Below are positions 30,001 through 39,608 of a DNA stretch of 64,000 bases, one piece after another. The stretch comes from a virus. A program made the translations under genes and the position numbers. The notes under the pieces were generated by a model, which was not told the DNA's origin, made no database searches, and worked only from the letters and a program-made list of their open reading frames with translations. The stretch covers positions 1 to 64,000 of the IMG/VR virus record IMGVR_UViG_3300023174_000102. The stretch is one strand, 5' to 3'. Numbering within the stretch: the first letter of the stretch is position 1; each line of letters opens with the position of its first letter.

Positions 30001-31879
30001 TGAAGAAACAGCGCTAGATGATAATGTTACGTTGCTAACAAGAATGACAGAGACCATGGGTCAGTTTAGTCAAGAACAACTTAATGCAATTATGCAAAGC
30101 GAAAACCTTAAGAAAGCATTGGTTAATTTGGCAAGCGTTAAGCCAGGATCAAAAAATTATGAAGATTTCTTAAGGGTGCTTCAAAAAGCATTAAATAAAG
30201 AAAAGGTCCAGTTACAGATTGATGCTGTTTCAATTGAAGGTATGCAAAAGATTTTTGACAGAGGATTCTCAAATGCAATGGATCAGGCAGACGTTAAGCA
30301 AAAAACACTTCAACTAAAGTTTGATATTGATACAGAAGATCTTCAAAACAAAATTGATAAAGCACAGGATGAAATTGATGCTAATCAGTATAAAATAGAT
30401 CAAAAAAATGCAGCACTTCGTGAGATTGAAAAACAAGAGCAAAAAATTAATGATAAGTATGATGAAAGAGTTAAGGCGCTAGATGAAATTGAAAAAGCAA
30501 ATGCTACAATTTCACAGCAGCAAAAGGGTCAACTAACTCTTGCAGAAGCATTAACATCTGGAGATATTGCAGCAGCAGCAAAGGCTGCTCAAGATATGAG
30601 AGCACAGGCAGCAGCAGATGCAGTGACAAAAGAAAAAGATGCTTTAGAGCAGTCTAGACAAGCAGAATTATCAAGAGTCACTCAAGATGGAAAGACTAGA
30701 AAAGACCTTGAGCAAGAGATCAGTGATTTAGAAGATAAGATATTTGATTTGGAAAATAATAAGATTAAGCCAGCACAAGAAGAAATAAGACAAAAGAGTG
30801 TAACCTTAAGAGAAGAAATAAAGCAACTAGATATTTTTAGAAGAGGTTGGGAATTACTTCAAAATCAAGTTGATGTCGCAAGAACAAACAGTGCAAAATT
30901 TTTACAAGAAATGGAAAATGCTAAAAATATTGTAGACAAACTCGTAAAGGCTTATAAGGATGAAAAGGCAGATGTTCTGCTTCCTGCAGGATCGTATACC
31001 CCAAAGCCAGGAGAAACTCCAACACCAGAACCAAAGCCAGGAGAGACCCCAGATCCAAAGCCAGGAGAAACTCCAACACCAGAACCAAAGCCAGGACCAA
31101 ATCCAGAATATCGTGGAAATGCAGGAAGCACTCCAGACAGCGCTGGTACTGGGAATAACGGTTCGGGAACTTCTACTCCTAATGGATTTACAGAAACACC
31201 ACCAACACCCTATACCCCTACATGGATGAATATAGATGATCCTACAGCACGAGGGCATGTAAAAGACCTAGAGACAAACATTGCTGCAAACATAGGAAGA
31301 AATTCTGAACTATTTAATCGTGCAGTAAATAACTTAAAGATTGCAGAAAATGCTGGTACAGGTGCAGCAATGCACTATCAAGATCTTAATAGACTAACAG
31401 ATCAAATGAACCTTGCAAAGAAATATAATACTGGACCAGACTATGCAAAACAGCAGGCTGAACAGTTGGCAGCAAATAAAGCAGCAGCAGCAAAGAAAGC
31501 ACAGGATGAAGCAAACCTTAAAAAGTTTGGCGGAAATGCTGCAGCAGCCCAAGCATTTGGAAACTGGTCTACTGGTGGACTTATTCCTAAATATTTTGCT
31601 GTTGGTGGTTTTGCAAAGGGAACTGATACAGTACCAGCAATGCTAACTCCAGGCGAATTTATAATGAGTAAATATGCTGTAGATTCCTACGGTGTAGATA
31701 ATATGAGAAAAATTAATAATGGTGATTCTATTGGTGGCACAGTGTATAATAATACATATACATTAACAGTTAATGCAAAGACAGATGCAAATCCAAATGA
31801 TATTGCACAGGCAGTAATGTCAACAATTAAAAAGGTTGATGATAGAAGAATCAGAGGAGTATCACTAAATGGCCGATGA
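24056..31879 (+). CDS. Tape measure protein (TP901-family core)
   Basis: 2607 aa, Ala/Gln/Lys-rich helical; AFFLTAMKEGGINASEGANALKS core; C-terminal GTDTVPAMLTPGEFIM motif; synteny. Confidence 0.95.
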   Translation: MADVQSNINVNIDTSDALASLKLLQRQISAFHTQMAKSGTAANAVAANQAQNLMNSINATGKFQASMRSVKTSTESFTDALEKNKLTSREYFRYTGAATKTFGRLFKSEFDTISKVARERVKDVQTQYIKMGRGANGALQAIAVRPLTLDMKNLGTQTAMAAQKQQLLNQLLKQGSTNLLNFGKNTQWAGRQLMVGFTVPLTMLGTAAAKTFMAMEEQAIRFKRVYGDMFTTKEQTDEMVSQIQTLAREYTKYGVAVEETMKMAADAAAMGKVGSELTAQVSQATRLAVLGGVEQAQALETTISITNAFGVAAEDLTKKIDFLNAVENQTVVSIEDLTIAIPKAGPVVQQLGGDVEDLAFFLTAMKEGGINASEGANALKSGLASLINPSDKASKMLAGLGINIKGIVEANKGDVKSTVIDFAKALDTLDPLNRARAIEQLFGKFQFSRLSTLFQNVTAEGTQASRVLELTRATTEELAILSERELGKIEETTTYKFKKSIEDLKVTLAPVGEQFLKALTPIVEFASKILDKFNDLGDGSKKFITILTLALGAVGPLALMSFGLLANGIANIIKLFTTLRGGFQKAGSSTQILGEQTNYLTKQQLEASAVAASLDQVHQKLRQTFTSEASAVGALALAYQRALSAQQAFGMPIGMRPGAVAKKFAGGGIVFGPGGPTSDSVPIMASNGEAIISAGIVKKYPGLVNGLIAGNIPGYKNAGIVGSKSVKFGGSDYSLPAGSQTIKAIQAKVDSSIGTVDDIIAQALKNLASETKISTKMFVKEVRSIAQAEGRRVADLGKEFASKSEKRVGGGGAYAAPKSLGSPADQLRRERGAVAAAAEMAPARASAKAIRRTMEKYGATQSQIANATQIDRSHTVAVSKEQKGVKTGIKTGMKSPAWNSAVWTPQTGAENNSILESLKKSEKYRKVYQEYLVKTGATEKQIASIMSNVNNGVALTEEQLSIQGKALRKIAADSQTNAAIEKQTSKNFIMYADAVGQGALAREKVLARQPKQLRDLTVRNQEAIQAIANELPNAAALALQTKSPSRKMRKVGQDAGAGLVLGAREYIDDAKATGQALGAATVQGSQSKAAASRTALYGTGPIDANQKSIRRQLQLQQKRSALAQKSAYPASVITAGSADSAKKQTLSSRMSSVSQKIKDRRAERKEAGKSMGAGGKMMAASGVMMAASMIPGQVGDTAQKLMMPMMALTAVMPLLTSAVGIAGVAIGAVAATLYYFNQNIKKAREEGIALANAMSMGTNKIKELSLVTGKVSASEAAKRKRETVVAGTSEQQRRSGQTILQSGFGKTLMSDINTQAKQGMGTEAIGKNISTNLAQAIMQGIITTDQAKSIASALGEQLGDYSIPATITGDLVQLLGPNGENLYTDPLSVALTIKANTMQNVQDAFSQAVTGANADAVYKSMPWWKKAFDGVAAGIAPNLMPFSNNAVGAANAKLDAAAVQTGAMAIQQNQAQIDALNKQYEIKKQNAKTDKEALALEDERKAKVESLNRANKQSLDEVKTLSKSLSGKEFTAAINTSIDALYKDAPEAIKTFVSQAKDQLGTLQDTPFKKTIQLGFASGDLNASTVSKIVAASAEDKDFSSRINLLIEQQGFANTDMIMQLLSKTGAKASTISVMLNYVNTNKESFDTDLNAVEALSRFKDQYGITLDLKTNGVKQMQIASAALTAIAPLPEKLDFALITKLAGEDPATFAGVKADWAALSEGKDTINKNLVVNYLVGKADPNVVNAANNEFRGKGLSESTGVATYIAKGFITPPAKTFDKPTNTNDNKGIDSSPLDDLVKRLRDVRKNQIKVTEGFEASSKALNKLFGGNKTLKIFSGIENDMRKLGAGEDLIDLIVGMDPKDYEKQKNKLFKFDEKGNISGIKDTAKSIQDAIQSIKLGEFVSEQERMARQIGDQTTALTRLKAAGVEGSIALEAVADATFAAAIANKKLDDGQIKKIVNAWREATIQKKNYAAVEAIQSEETALDDNVTLLTRMTETMGQFSQEQLNAIMQSENLKKALVNLASVKPGSKNYEDFLRVLQKALNKEKVQLQIDAVSIEGMQKIFDRGFSNAMDQADVKQKTLQLKFDIDTEDLQNKIDKAQDEIDANQYKIDQKNAALREIEKQEQKINDKYDERVKALDEIEKANATISQQQKGQLTLAEALTSGDIAAAAKAAQDMRAQAAADAVTKEKDALEQSRQAELSRVTQDGKTRKDLEQEISDLEDKIFDLENNKIKPAQEEIRQKSVTLREEIKQLDIFRRGWELLQNQVDVARTNSAKFLQEMENAKNIVDKLVKAYKDEKADVLLPAGSYTPKPGETPTPEPKPGETPDPKPGETPTPEPKPGPNPEYRGNAGSTPDSAGTGNNGSGTSTPNGFTETPPTPYTPTWMNIDDPTARGHVKDLETNIAANIGRNSELFNRAVNNLKIAENAGTGAAMHYQDLNRLTDQMNLAKKYNTGPDYAKQQAEQLAANKAAAAKKAQDEANLKKFGGNAAAAQAFGNWSTGGLIPKYFAVGGFAKGTDTVPAMLTPGEFIMSKYAVDSYGVDNMRKINNGDSIGGTVYNNTYTLTVNAKTDANPNDIAQAVMSTIKKVDDRRIRGVSLNGR
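31001..31096 (+). repeat. 42-nt direct repeat encoding a Pro-rich PKPGETPTPE linker in the tape measure
   Basis: CCAAAGCCAGGAGAAACTCCAACACCAGAACCAAAGCCAGGA at 31001-31042 and 31055-31096. Confidence 0.9.
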
Positions 31880-32510
31880 GCAGATAGATCCTAGGGCAAC
31901 ATATATCCAAGGTCGTAGGAAATACAACAGACCAAGCGGAATGCTTTGGTCTGAAAACTCTGGCACATTGCAAAATGGTTTATACATTCCTTACGGATAT
32001 GAGGTTGGGGTAGACCCAGAAAGCGTTGAGGATCAAACCTTACTAGATCAATTTATCTTTATTACCGATGATAACAGACAGCCACTAGAGTTTTCAGAAG
32101 AAAGAATTGAAAAGCGTGAAAGAATGATTAATGGTCGCATGAGATCATATCATATTGCAGATAAACTTACACTAAGCACAAGTTGGAATATGATTCCATC
32201 TAGATCTCATTCAAACGTACCAGCATTTGATACTGCCACAGGGGTATCTCCATATAAATCTTACACGACTGATGGAGGAGCAGGTGGAGCAGATATGCTT
32301 GAGTGGTATGACTCTCACAAAGGTTCTTTTTGGGTATTTCTTGCATACGATAGAAAGGGCATATTCAAGGGCACACCAGAGCCTTACGATCATCTAGGAC
32401 AATATAATCAACTTATTGAAATGTTTATTAGTGATTTTTCATACTCTGTTGAAAAACGAGGAAGCAATTTTGACTACTGGAATGTCTCAATAAGTTTGGA
32501 AGAGGTATAA
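31869..32510 (+). CDS. Minor tail protein (distal tail-like)
   Basis: First gene after tape measure; ERMINGRMRSYHIADK and WNVSISLEEV. Confidence 0.7.
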   Translation: MADEQIDPRATYIQGRRKYNRPSGMLWSENSGTLQNGLYIPYGYEVGVDPESVEDQTLLDQFIFITDDNRQPLEFSEERIEKRERMINGRMRSYHIADKLTLSTSWNMIPSRSHSNVPAFDTATGVSPYKSYTTDGGAGGADMLEWYDSHKGSFWVFLAYDRKGIFKGTPEPYDHLGQYNQLIEMFISDFSYSVEKRGSNFDYWNVSISLEEV

Positions 32511-35500
32511 TGTTTGAAGATAAAGACCTGCAAACATTTTTAGAGACTTCTTCGACGGTACGTAATAAGTCAATAATTACAGCAGAATGGAATATGAATA
32601 TACCAACCAATATCAAACATATTGGTAATTATAGATATAGACCAACAGATCCTTCTTCTATTTATTCTTCTTTGCCCACAAGTTTTGACATTAATGATGA
32701 TGGAAATTTTTATACAGGGGCAACTGATGCAGATGTTCTAGTTGATGGAACTTTTGACAATGATGACATTCCTACAACATTTTTAACAAAAAAAGAAAAA
32801 TTAAAAACTCTTTATTCTTTAGAGGCATGCTTTGAACAGTTCAGACCAAGGTCTGGAATTAATAAGGCTGCATTTTTTGAAAATGGAAAACTACACCATC
32901 CAAACCTATACATGGCAGACCGACCAAGATATTATATGCCAGATAAAAATGATAAGTTTAAATACTGGACATCTTATAGAACTGAATTAGGACAAGAGTA
33001 CGGAATTGCCTCAAAAGTCAGAGGCTCGCAAAACTCTATAGAAGATGCCTGCCCATTTGTTGTTTATAAAGAAAAGGTCCCAACAAATAGAGTTGTTGTA
33101 AAAATGCAAACACATACTGGAACAGAAAATCTTGGTCCATTCTCATCACCCACAGGCGCATTTGCAGATCCATTTTTTGGAGAACTAAATCAAAAGGTCC
33201 CTAATAGATGGAAAATTCAATTTTTAAAAGAAGGAAACTGGGAAGACGTAATTTCTTTTAACCCTGCGACAAGAAGAGCAGACGGATCACCTATTATTAG
33301 TAGTGATGGATATGTTGAAATTGCTTACGGACTAGTTGTTCCAGATGAGTGGAGATCAAACTTTGTATTTGCAGAAATATATGCAAGCATATCTTTGCTT
33401 CCAGAACAGTCTGTTGTTGGATATGCTTATCTTATTAAAGAAAATGAAAATGATATAGGTAAGTTTTATATTTGGAATGGAACAGACTATACAATAATAA
33501 CCCCAAAATATGGCTGGTATGTTCAGGATGAAACAGTAAATAGACTAACAAACTTTGTGACAGATGCAACATCTCCAAATGTATTCATAAAGTCTTTGGA
33601 TGGTAAGGCACAGTACAGAGAGTTTGAATACATCTCTGGAATTAGAATTGTTGTTCAGTCAATGAATGTAAAAGATTCAACATTTGATTTAATAGAAATA
33701 TCTCCAAGACTTGCTATGAATGTTTCTGATAAAACCTTGGACTATTCAATCAATAAGAGCGCATCAGATCTTGGCATAAGCGGTTTGCCAGTTGGACAAT
33801 TAATTGCTTCTAATGGAAGCATTAATATATTTGATTACGATCAAGCATTTAATGAAAACAACTCATCAAGTATAATAGCAAAATATGTAAATAGACATGT
33901 TCAGTTTAAATTTTATGAAGTAATCGTTGATGTTGCTGGATGGGATTATTATGTTCCAATGAAAACCCTTTACTCTGATTCATTTCCAAAGCAAGACCTT
34001 ATGGGAAAAACAGTCTCTCTTTCTTTAAGAGATATGTATTGGTATTTAGAATCAATTACTGCTCCACAAATATTGATGACAGAGGTATCAGTTAGTTCTG
34101 CAGTTTCTCTTTTGCTAGACTATATTGGATTTTCTAACTATACTTTTAAAAGAGTTGAAAATGAAAAAGAAATAATAATTCCATACTTTTTTGTTGGACC
34201 AGATAAAAGTGTTGCAGAAATTCTTCAAGACTTAGCCGTCTCAACTCAGACTGCAATGTTCTTTGATGAATATAACAACTTTGTTATGATGAGCAAAGAT
34301 TATATTATGCCAACTGCAGTTCAAAGACCAGTCACATTTGAACTCAAGGGAACTGTAGATTTAGTTCAGGATAAAGAAATTAAAAACAAAAGTACTAATA
34401 CTAAACTTGCAAATGTTATTTCTGTTTCTACCCAGCCTAATAATGTTTATAACGACGGTGTTATTAACTACACAACAAGGCACATACAAAGATCTATAGG
34501 TTCTTTAAGGCAGGCTAGTCTTTTAGATGATGAAAGATTTTACACCTATAAGCCTGCCTTGCTGTGGGAAGTATCTGGCACAGAAAATACAAAGTCCATA
34601 AACAATGAAGTCAATACACAGTCTTCTTATGTCCTTAGTGCTATACCTTTAAACTCCTATCTTTCAGCAGATGTTCCAGTTGTAAAAAATAATATTGTAA
34701 TAAATAATACATTTAGTCTTGGCGAGGCTGCATATTGGATTACAAGATATAATGGATACTTTTATTCTCAAGGAGAAATTATTAAATATGATGCAGTTCA
34801 GTATAATGTCACTGGCTTTGGAAATGTTTGGATAACATCAGTAGAAGACTATCAAAATTATTTTTCTAAACTTCCATTTAATGGAAAGATATATCCAACT
34901 GGTCTAGTAAGAATTTACTCTGAGCCAAAATACTTTGAACAGTCTGGAGTTACTAAATTACAAAATGGGGATGTTCAAAAACATGGTCGTGGACAATTTG
35001 GAACAACAATTGTTGCTCATACTGCTGGCATATCTGATTACTGGAAATCTGATGATAATGTAAAAGGTTGTTACATGTCTTCTGAATATCTTTTTGACAA
35101 AAAGCAAGTGCCTGCTGTAACACTTGTAGATTCTGCTGGAAAACTAACAGACACTAACATTTCTTCTGATGCCCTAGCAAGATCATCAACACGAACAGGA
35201 ATTATTAAAAACTTTATGTCCACTGCAAATGTTGGAGAGATAACAACAAAAACTCAGCAGATTCCTGGGTCAATTCAATCATCAGCACTTTCATTAACTG
35301 GTCCTAACTTTACAACAAAAGAAAAGCCAAGAGATTTCATTTCTTATGTTCATAAGTCATTACAGGATAAAAAGTATAAGCACTTTGGAACAAGAGTAAG
35401 AATCATTGGAAAAATAGAAAGCAATCAGGATCGTGGACAAACCTCAAATGGCTCTTCAACTTATTATGTTGTAACTGGGTCAACACCAGATAAAAACATT

Positions 35501-36799
35501 AATATTGCAGGCGGGTCTGCAGGCATTGGAGTAATGGTAAATCCAACAACAAATGTGGGATACTATTTTGAAATAGCAGCCCTGGGTCTTGGTGATTTAT
35601 CAAAAAAACAAAGACAAACTGTTAGCAATGTTTTCTTTTATAAAATAAAATCTGATGATGGAAAAGCAGTGCCAGTTGGCTTATGGGAGGGTCTGGCTAA
35701 GATTACTGTTGATGATGGTAATTTTACTGGTCAGTCAAGAGTGTTTTCTGAGGAAAATCCAACGGTATATGATCTAGCAGTAGAGTATGAAGATATAGGA
35801 CAAACAAGAAGATTTTATCTATACATTAATGGCAAACTAATAAAAACAGTAGACGACAATGAACCACTACCAGTATACTCTGAGGTAGCATTATTTACAA
35901 GAGGATCTTCAAGAGCAATGTTTGAAAATGTTTATGCTTTATGCAACAACTATTCTCAAAACACTTCTTTCTCTTTGGGTGCCCCAGTTAACTCAGTATT
36001 TGGAGATTCTGAAATTGATGCAAATGAGTCTTTCCGTAAGTATGCAATGAGTGGTTTGATACAAAATACATACCTTGCTGGCATTGGTTCTTCAGAACCA
36101 CCAAAGTACAACATCTATTTTGAAGAGTTTGGAAGCATTATGAGAGAAGCAGCAGTTTTTAACTTTAAGTATGATAAAGCATACCCAGCACTAACTGCAA
36201 AGATATCTCCAACATTTAATAAGATAAAAGGCTATGTTGTTTCTGGATTTAGAGCAGGATCGTATGGAGCAGAGTTTATTATTTTCAATGCAACAGACAC
36301 GGCTCTTAGCCTAGATGAGACAAGCGGAAACTATTTAAGAGTTCAAGGAATTACATTTACTCAACAATCAAATAATAATTTAACGGTAGATGATTATTTT
36401 AATAAAAATACTCTTGAGTCAAATCCTCAGTTTGTAGCAGATAAGTTAATTTCAAACCCATACAAGTTTAAACAAGATTATCAAGACATAAAGTTGAGCA
36501 GAATGACTTACGGCAAAAAAGATTTTTCTTTAAATACACCATACATACAGTCACAAGATGAAGCATCAGGCCTAATGAAATGGATGATTGAAAAAACAAT
36601 GAAGCCAAGAAAATCTATTGGGGTTAAAATATTTTCAATACCTACAATTCAATTAGGAGATATTGTTAGCCTAGACTACAAAGAAAATGATATAAGCATG
36701 GCATCAAGTGCTTCTACCAGATTTGTTGTTTATAATATTGAATTTTCAAGAAGTTCAGATGGACCAGAAATGACATTATTTTTAAGTGAGGTGGCATAG
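32510..36799 (+). CDS. Large minor tail/baseplate hub protein
   Basis: 1429 aa; LQDLAVSTQTAMFFDEYNNFV and PTIQLGDIVSL hub-like motifs; synteny. Confidence 0.7.
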   Translation: MFEDKDLQTFLETSSTVRNKSIITAEWNMNIPTNIKHIGNYRYRPTDPSSIYSSLPTSFDINDDGNFYTGATDADVLVDGTFDNDDIPTTFLTKKEKLKTLYSLEACFEQFRPRSGINKAAFFENGKLHHPNLYMADRPRYYMPDKNDKFKYWTSYRTELGQEYGIASKVRGSQNSIEDACPFVVYKEKVPTNRVVVKMQTHTGTENLGPFSSPTGAFADPFFGELNQKVPNRWKIQFLKEGNWEDVISFNPATRRADGSPIISSDGYVEIAYGLVVPDEWRSNFVFAEIYASISLLPEQSVVGYAYLIKENENDIGKFYIWNGTDYTIITPKYGWYVQDETVNRLTNFVTDATSPNVFIKSLDGKAQYREFEYISGIRIVVQSMNVKDSTFDLIEISPRLAMNVSDKTLDYSINKSASDLGISGLPVGQLIASNGSINIFDYDQAFNENNSSSIIAKYVNRHVQFKFYEVIVDVAGWDYYVPMKTLYSDSFPKQDLMGKTVSLSLRDMYWYLESITAPQILMTEVSVSSAVSLLLDYIGFSNYTFKRVENEKEIIIPYFFVGPDKSVAEILQDLAVSTQTAMFFDEYNNFVMMSKDYIMPTAVQRPVTFELKGTVDLVQDKEIKNKSTNTKLANVISVSTQPNNVYNDGVINYTTRHIQRSIGSLRQASLLDDERFYTYKPALLWEVSGTENTKSINNEVNTQSSYVLSAIPLNSYLSADVPVVKNNIVINNTFSLGEAAYWITRYNGYFYSQGEIIKYDAVQYNVTGFGNVWITSVEDYQNYFSKLPFNGKIYPTGLVRIYSEPKYFEQSGVTKLQNGDVQKHGRGQFGTTIVAHTAGISDYWKSDDNVKGCYMSSEYLFDKKQVPAVTLVDSAGKLTDTNISSDALARSSTRTGIIKNFMSTANVGEITTKTQQIPGSIQSSALSLTGPNFTTKEKPRDFISYVHKSLQDKKYKHFGTRVRIIGKIESNQDRGQTSNGSSTYYVVTGSTPDKNINIAGGSAGIGVMVNPTTNVGYYFEIAALGLGDLSKKQRQTVSNVFFYKIKSDDGKAVPVGLWEGLAKITVDDGNFTGQSRVFSEENPTVYDLAVEYEDIGQTRRFYLYINGKLIKTVDDNEPLPVYSEVALFTRGSSRAMFENVYALCNNYSQNTSFSLGAPVNSVFGDSEIDANESFRKYAMSGLIQNTYLAGIGSSEPPKYNIYFEEFGSIMREAAVFNFKYDKAYPALTAKISPTFNKIKGYVVSGFRAGSYGAEFIIFNATDTALSLDETSGNYLRVQGITFTQQSNNNLTVDDYFNKNTLESNPQFVADKLISNPYKFKQDYQDIKLSRMTYGKKDFSLNTPYIQSQDEASGLMKWMIEKTMKPRKSIGVKIFSIPTIQLGDIVSLDYKENDISMASSASTRFVVYNIEFSRSSDGPEMTLFLSEVA

Positions 36800-37368
36800 T
36801 GACAAGTCTTATTGATGGTGGCGGTGAGCCATTAAACCCAACTGCAGCCCTTCCAGAAGCAATAGCAAAAGAAGACACTAAGTCTATCAAGGTTGCAACG
36901 CCAGACCTTATTCTTTTTAATGATGATGTTATGTCTATTGAGATAATGACAGACCTTATCTTTGAAGATATTGGTGGGTATGAACTTGCTACTATATCTA
37001 GGCATGACTTGGTAAATGGTCAAAAGGTTATTTATACCCCAATCAAAAATTTAACAGACCTATATTTACAATATAATCCAAACAATGTTTTAAGGCTTCA
37101 GGCCTCTGACTCATACCTTAAGTCTTTATCTTTATCAATTTTTGATCATCTTCCAATTTGTGGAACTGGATACGATATATTTCCACCAGACAGCAATCCA
37201 GATGAAAAAGATAAGACAAAGTGGAAAAAAGTTCCTAACTGTAAATCAGTGTACATTGACCCATTAACTGGCGATTTGGTTATTAATTTAGTTAATGTTA
37301 AAGAAAATGAGCAGGCAGAGGTTCAGGTACTAACTAGTGGAGAAATTTTTGATGATACAATATATTAA
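36799..37368 (+). CDS. Probable minor tail protein
   Basis: GTG start overlapping the previous stop; synteny. Confidence 0.5.
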   Translation: MTSLIDGGGEPLNPTAALPEAIAKEDTKSIKVATPDLILFNDDVMSIEIMTDLIFEDIGGYELATISRHDLVNGQKVIYTPIKNLTDLYLQYNPNNVLRLQASDSYLKSLSLSIFDHLPICGTGYDIFPPDSNPDEKDKTKWKKVPNCKSVYIDPLTGDLVINLVNVKENEQAEVQVLTSGEIFDDTIY

Positions 37369-37380
37369 TGGGAGTGATTA

Positions 37381-38538
37381 ATGATAACTAATACAGGTAA
37401 AAATCTTTTAGCCAAATATCTTGTTGGGCAGATACAATCATATGCCTCTCATATTGCTGTGGGCTGTGGACCCACTCCAGTGGCTTCTGACGGCATCGCT
37501 GACTTTGGAGACTACTCAGAGAAAAGTTCGCTAGATTTTGAAATGTTTCGTGTTCCAATCATATCCAGAGGGTTTGTAAATGAAGATGGTTTAGATAAGA
37601 TAGTCTTAACAGCCGAACTACCAACAGAAGAAAGATACGAAATTACCGAGGTTGGAGTTTTTTCTGCAGCATCAAATCCAGTTGCTGGATCTTTTGATAG
37701 TAGGAATATTTATTCCTTTGCAGACACAGATAACTGGCTCTATCAACCATATGGTTCTTCTGCTATAGAGATAAAATCTGTATATACACCACTAGATGGT
37801 GATTCTGAAAATGGTATTATAAATCAGACAGATAGTGTTTTTCAAACAAATGCCGATAATAGAATATTTACTCAGTCACCTAGAGTGACAAGAAATGAAA
37901 GATGCAGGTTTTTAAATAACATAATTGCTATTGTTGGAAACAATTCAACACTTACGTTAAATAATCAAAACAAAATAGAAATAGGTACTGGCTCAAAGTT
38001 TATTCGTCTTAATGAAACAACTGTAGATTTTACAAAAAATAGTCCACTAGATGAATTGAGATTGGCATTTTCTGTTGTTAACAAAGTCTCCAACTCTAAT
38101 ACTGTTCCAGACAACGTTAAGATTTTGTTAGAGTTTTCTTATGCAGGCGTAGACTCTGTTCAAGAATATGCAAGGTTTGAAGTAGATATAGACGATATGT
38201 CTTATTCGCAAGGCACAGCAACAGAAAAAAGAAATCTTGCGACTAATAGATATATAGTTGCATCAAAAGCACTTAAAGATTTAAACAAAACAGATAATTT
38301 TGATTGGAGAAATGTTGCTGTTGCAAAAATTTATGCCTGTGTTACTGAGGCTGGTTCGCCCTCTGATCTTTTCTATGTTTGCTTAGATGGATTAAGACTT
38401 GAAAACATTACATCCACAAACTCTTTGTATGGACTAACTGGATACTCTGTGATTAAAAATGTTGGATCAAGGCCAATTATAAAGTCAGCAAATACAACAA
38501 ACTATATTGAATTTAGATTTGCTTTGGGTGTTGCATAA
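37381..38538 (+). CDS. Probable minor tail/baseplate protein
   Basis: MITNTGKNLLAKYL..IAVG and ITEVGVFS motifs typical of tail-collar/baseplate proteins. Confidence 0.6.
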   Translation: MITNTGKNLLAKYLVGQIQSYASHIAVGCGPTPVASDGIADFGDYSEKSSLDFEMFRVPIISRGFVNEDGLDKIVLTAELPTEERYEITEVGVFSAASNPVAGSFDSRNIYSFADTDNWLYQPYGSSAIEIKSVYTPLDGDSENGIINQTDSVFQTNADNRIFTQSPRVTRNERCRFLNNIIAIVGNNSTLTLNNQNKIEIGTGSKFIRLNETTVDFTKNSPLDELRLAFSVVNKVSNSNTVPDNVKILLEFSYAGVDSVQEYARFEVDIDDMSYSQGTATEKRNLATNRYIVASKALKDLNKTDNFDWRNVAVAKIYACVTEAGSPSDLFYVCLDGLRLENITSTNSLYGLTGYSVIKNVGSRPIIKSANTTNYIEFRFALGVA

Positions 38539-38966
38539 TGGCAGACAAGGGTATTAAAAATGTTGTTATTAAAAAAGATTTATTGGGAAATGTAACATCA
38601 TCAAACTCAAGAGTTGTTAGATTTAGACTTATTGCAGAAGATAGAAATAGAAAGTCGGCATATTCAAAAATTTTTGTAACAAATTCAGATGCTGTTATAA
38701 TAGGAGAAGGAGATCTTAATTTTGTTGGAAATCTAATATTGGCTAACTGGACTACTGGGGAGGTATCAGTTCAAATAGTTTATGATGTTTTTGTTGGTTT
38801 TGATGGACAGACTCCAAAGTATATAGCCAGCACTGGATCTAATAACTATTCTTTTTTAAAAACTGGAACTCAGTCAGTAAGGGTTATAGTTCAAATATCT
38901 TCTATAGATCCAACACTTTCTCAAGATTTAGAAATATACGATTCTCAAATTGTGAGTCTGGTATAA
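38538..38966 (+). CDS. Probable minor tail protein
   Basis: Translationally coupled; beta-rich. Confidence 0.45.
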   Translation: MADKGIKNVVIKKDLLGNVTSSNSRVVRFRLIAEDRNRKSAYSKIFVTNSDAVIIGEGDLNFVGNLILANWTTGEVSVQIVYDVFVGFDGQTPKYIASTGSNNYSFLKTGTQSVRVIVQISSIDPTLSQDLEIYDSQIVSLV

Positions 38967-38973
38967 TTATAAT

Positions 38974-39417
38974 ATGGCAATATTACCTGTACCAGAGCGA
39001 GGGCAACCTTTAGACGTAACTTATATATATCAGATTGTTAAGGCTATTAATGATCTTTCTGTTCAGGTATCACCATCAACATATAAGTATGTAACAGTTG
39101 ATACACCAAATGCTGGAAAGCAAAGCGTTAAAGCATCTGAGGCAAGAATTATTGGAGGGTATGTTCAGGTAACTACTAGTACAACACAAACCGCTGGATC
39201 TTCACAATCATTCTCTTATGATTTTCCAAGTGAGTTTAAGTTTGCTCCAGTAGTAACGGCAACCCCCGTAAACGTTGGAAACACAGATGCTGGAAAAGAT
39301 GTAACGGTTACGCTAAAAAGTGTTTCAACTTCAAAAGTTGAGGGCACTGTTAAGTTCAATGCTGGAGGAGACACAAGTATTGGAATTAACCTAGTGATTA
39401 TTGGAATACCAAATTAA
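38974..39417 (+). CDS. Probable virion protein with lectin-like C-terminal beta domain; probably leaderless
   Basis: FPSEFKFAPVVTAT motif; TGGTATAAT 6 nt before ATG. Confidence 0.45.
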   Translation: MAILPVPERGQPLDVTYIYQIVKAINDLSVQVSPSTYKYVTVDTPNAGKQSVKASEARIIGGYVQVTTSTTQTAGSSQSFSYDFPSEFKFAPVVTATPVNVGNTDAGKDVTVTLKSVSTSKVEGTVKFNAGGDTSIGINLVIIGIPN

Positions 39418-39608
39418 TGATTAGATGTCAAAAATGCAATGGAAGAATGTTTATAGATAGACAATATACTGAAATAAATAATTTAGAAATATATTGCATA
39501 ACTTGTGGACTAAGAAAGTTTTTTCATCCACCTAGCAATTCTCAGGAGGGCCAATGGTTATTAAAAAGGGAACAATTGAGAGCGAAAAATACAATGAGTC
39601 ACCTGTAA
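39417..39608 (+). CDS. Small zinc-ribbon protein
   Basis: CQKC...CITCG. Confidence 0.7.
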   Translation: MIRCQKCNGRMFIDRQYTEINNLEIYCITCGLRKFFHPPSNSQEGQWLLKREQLRAKNTMSHL

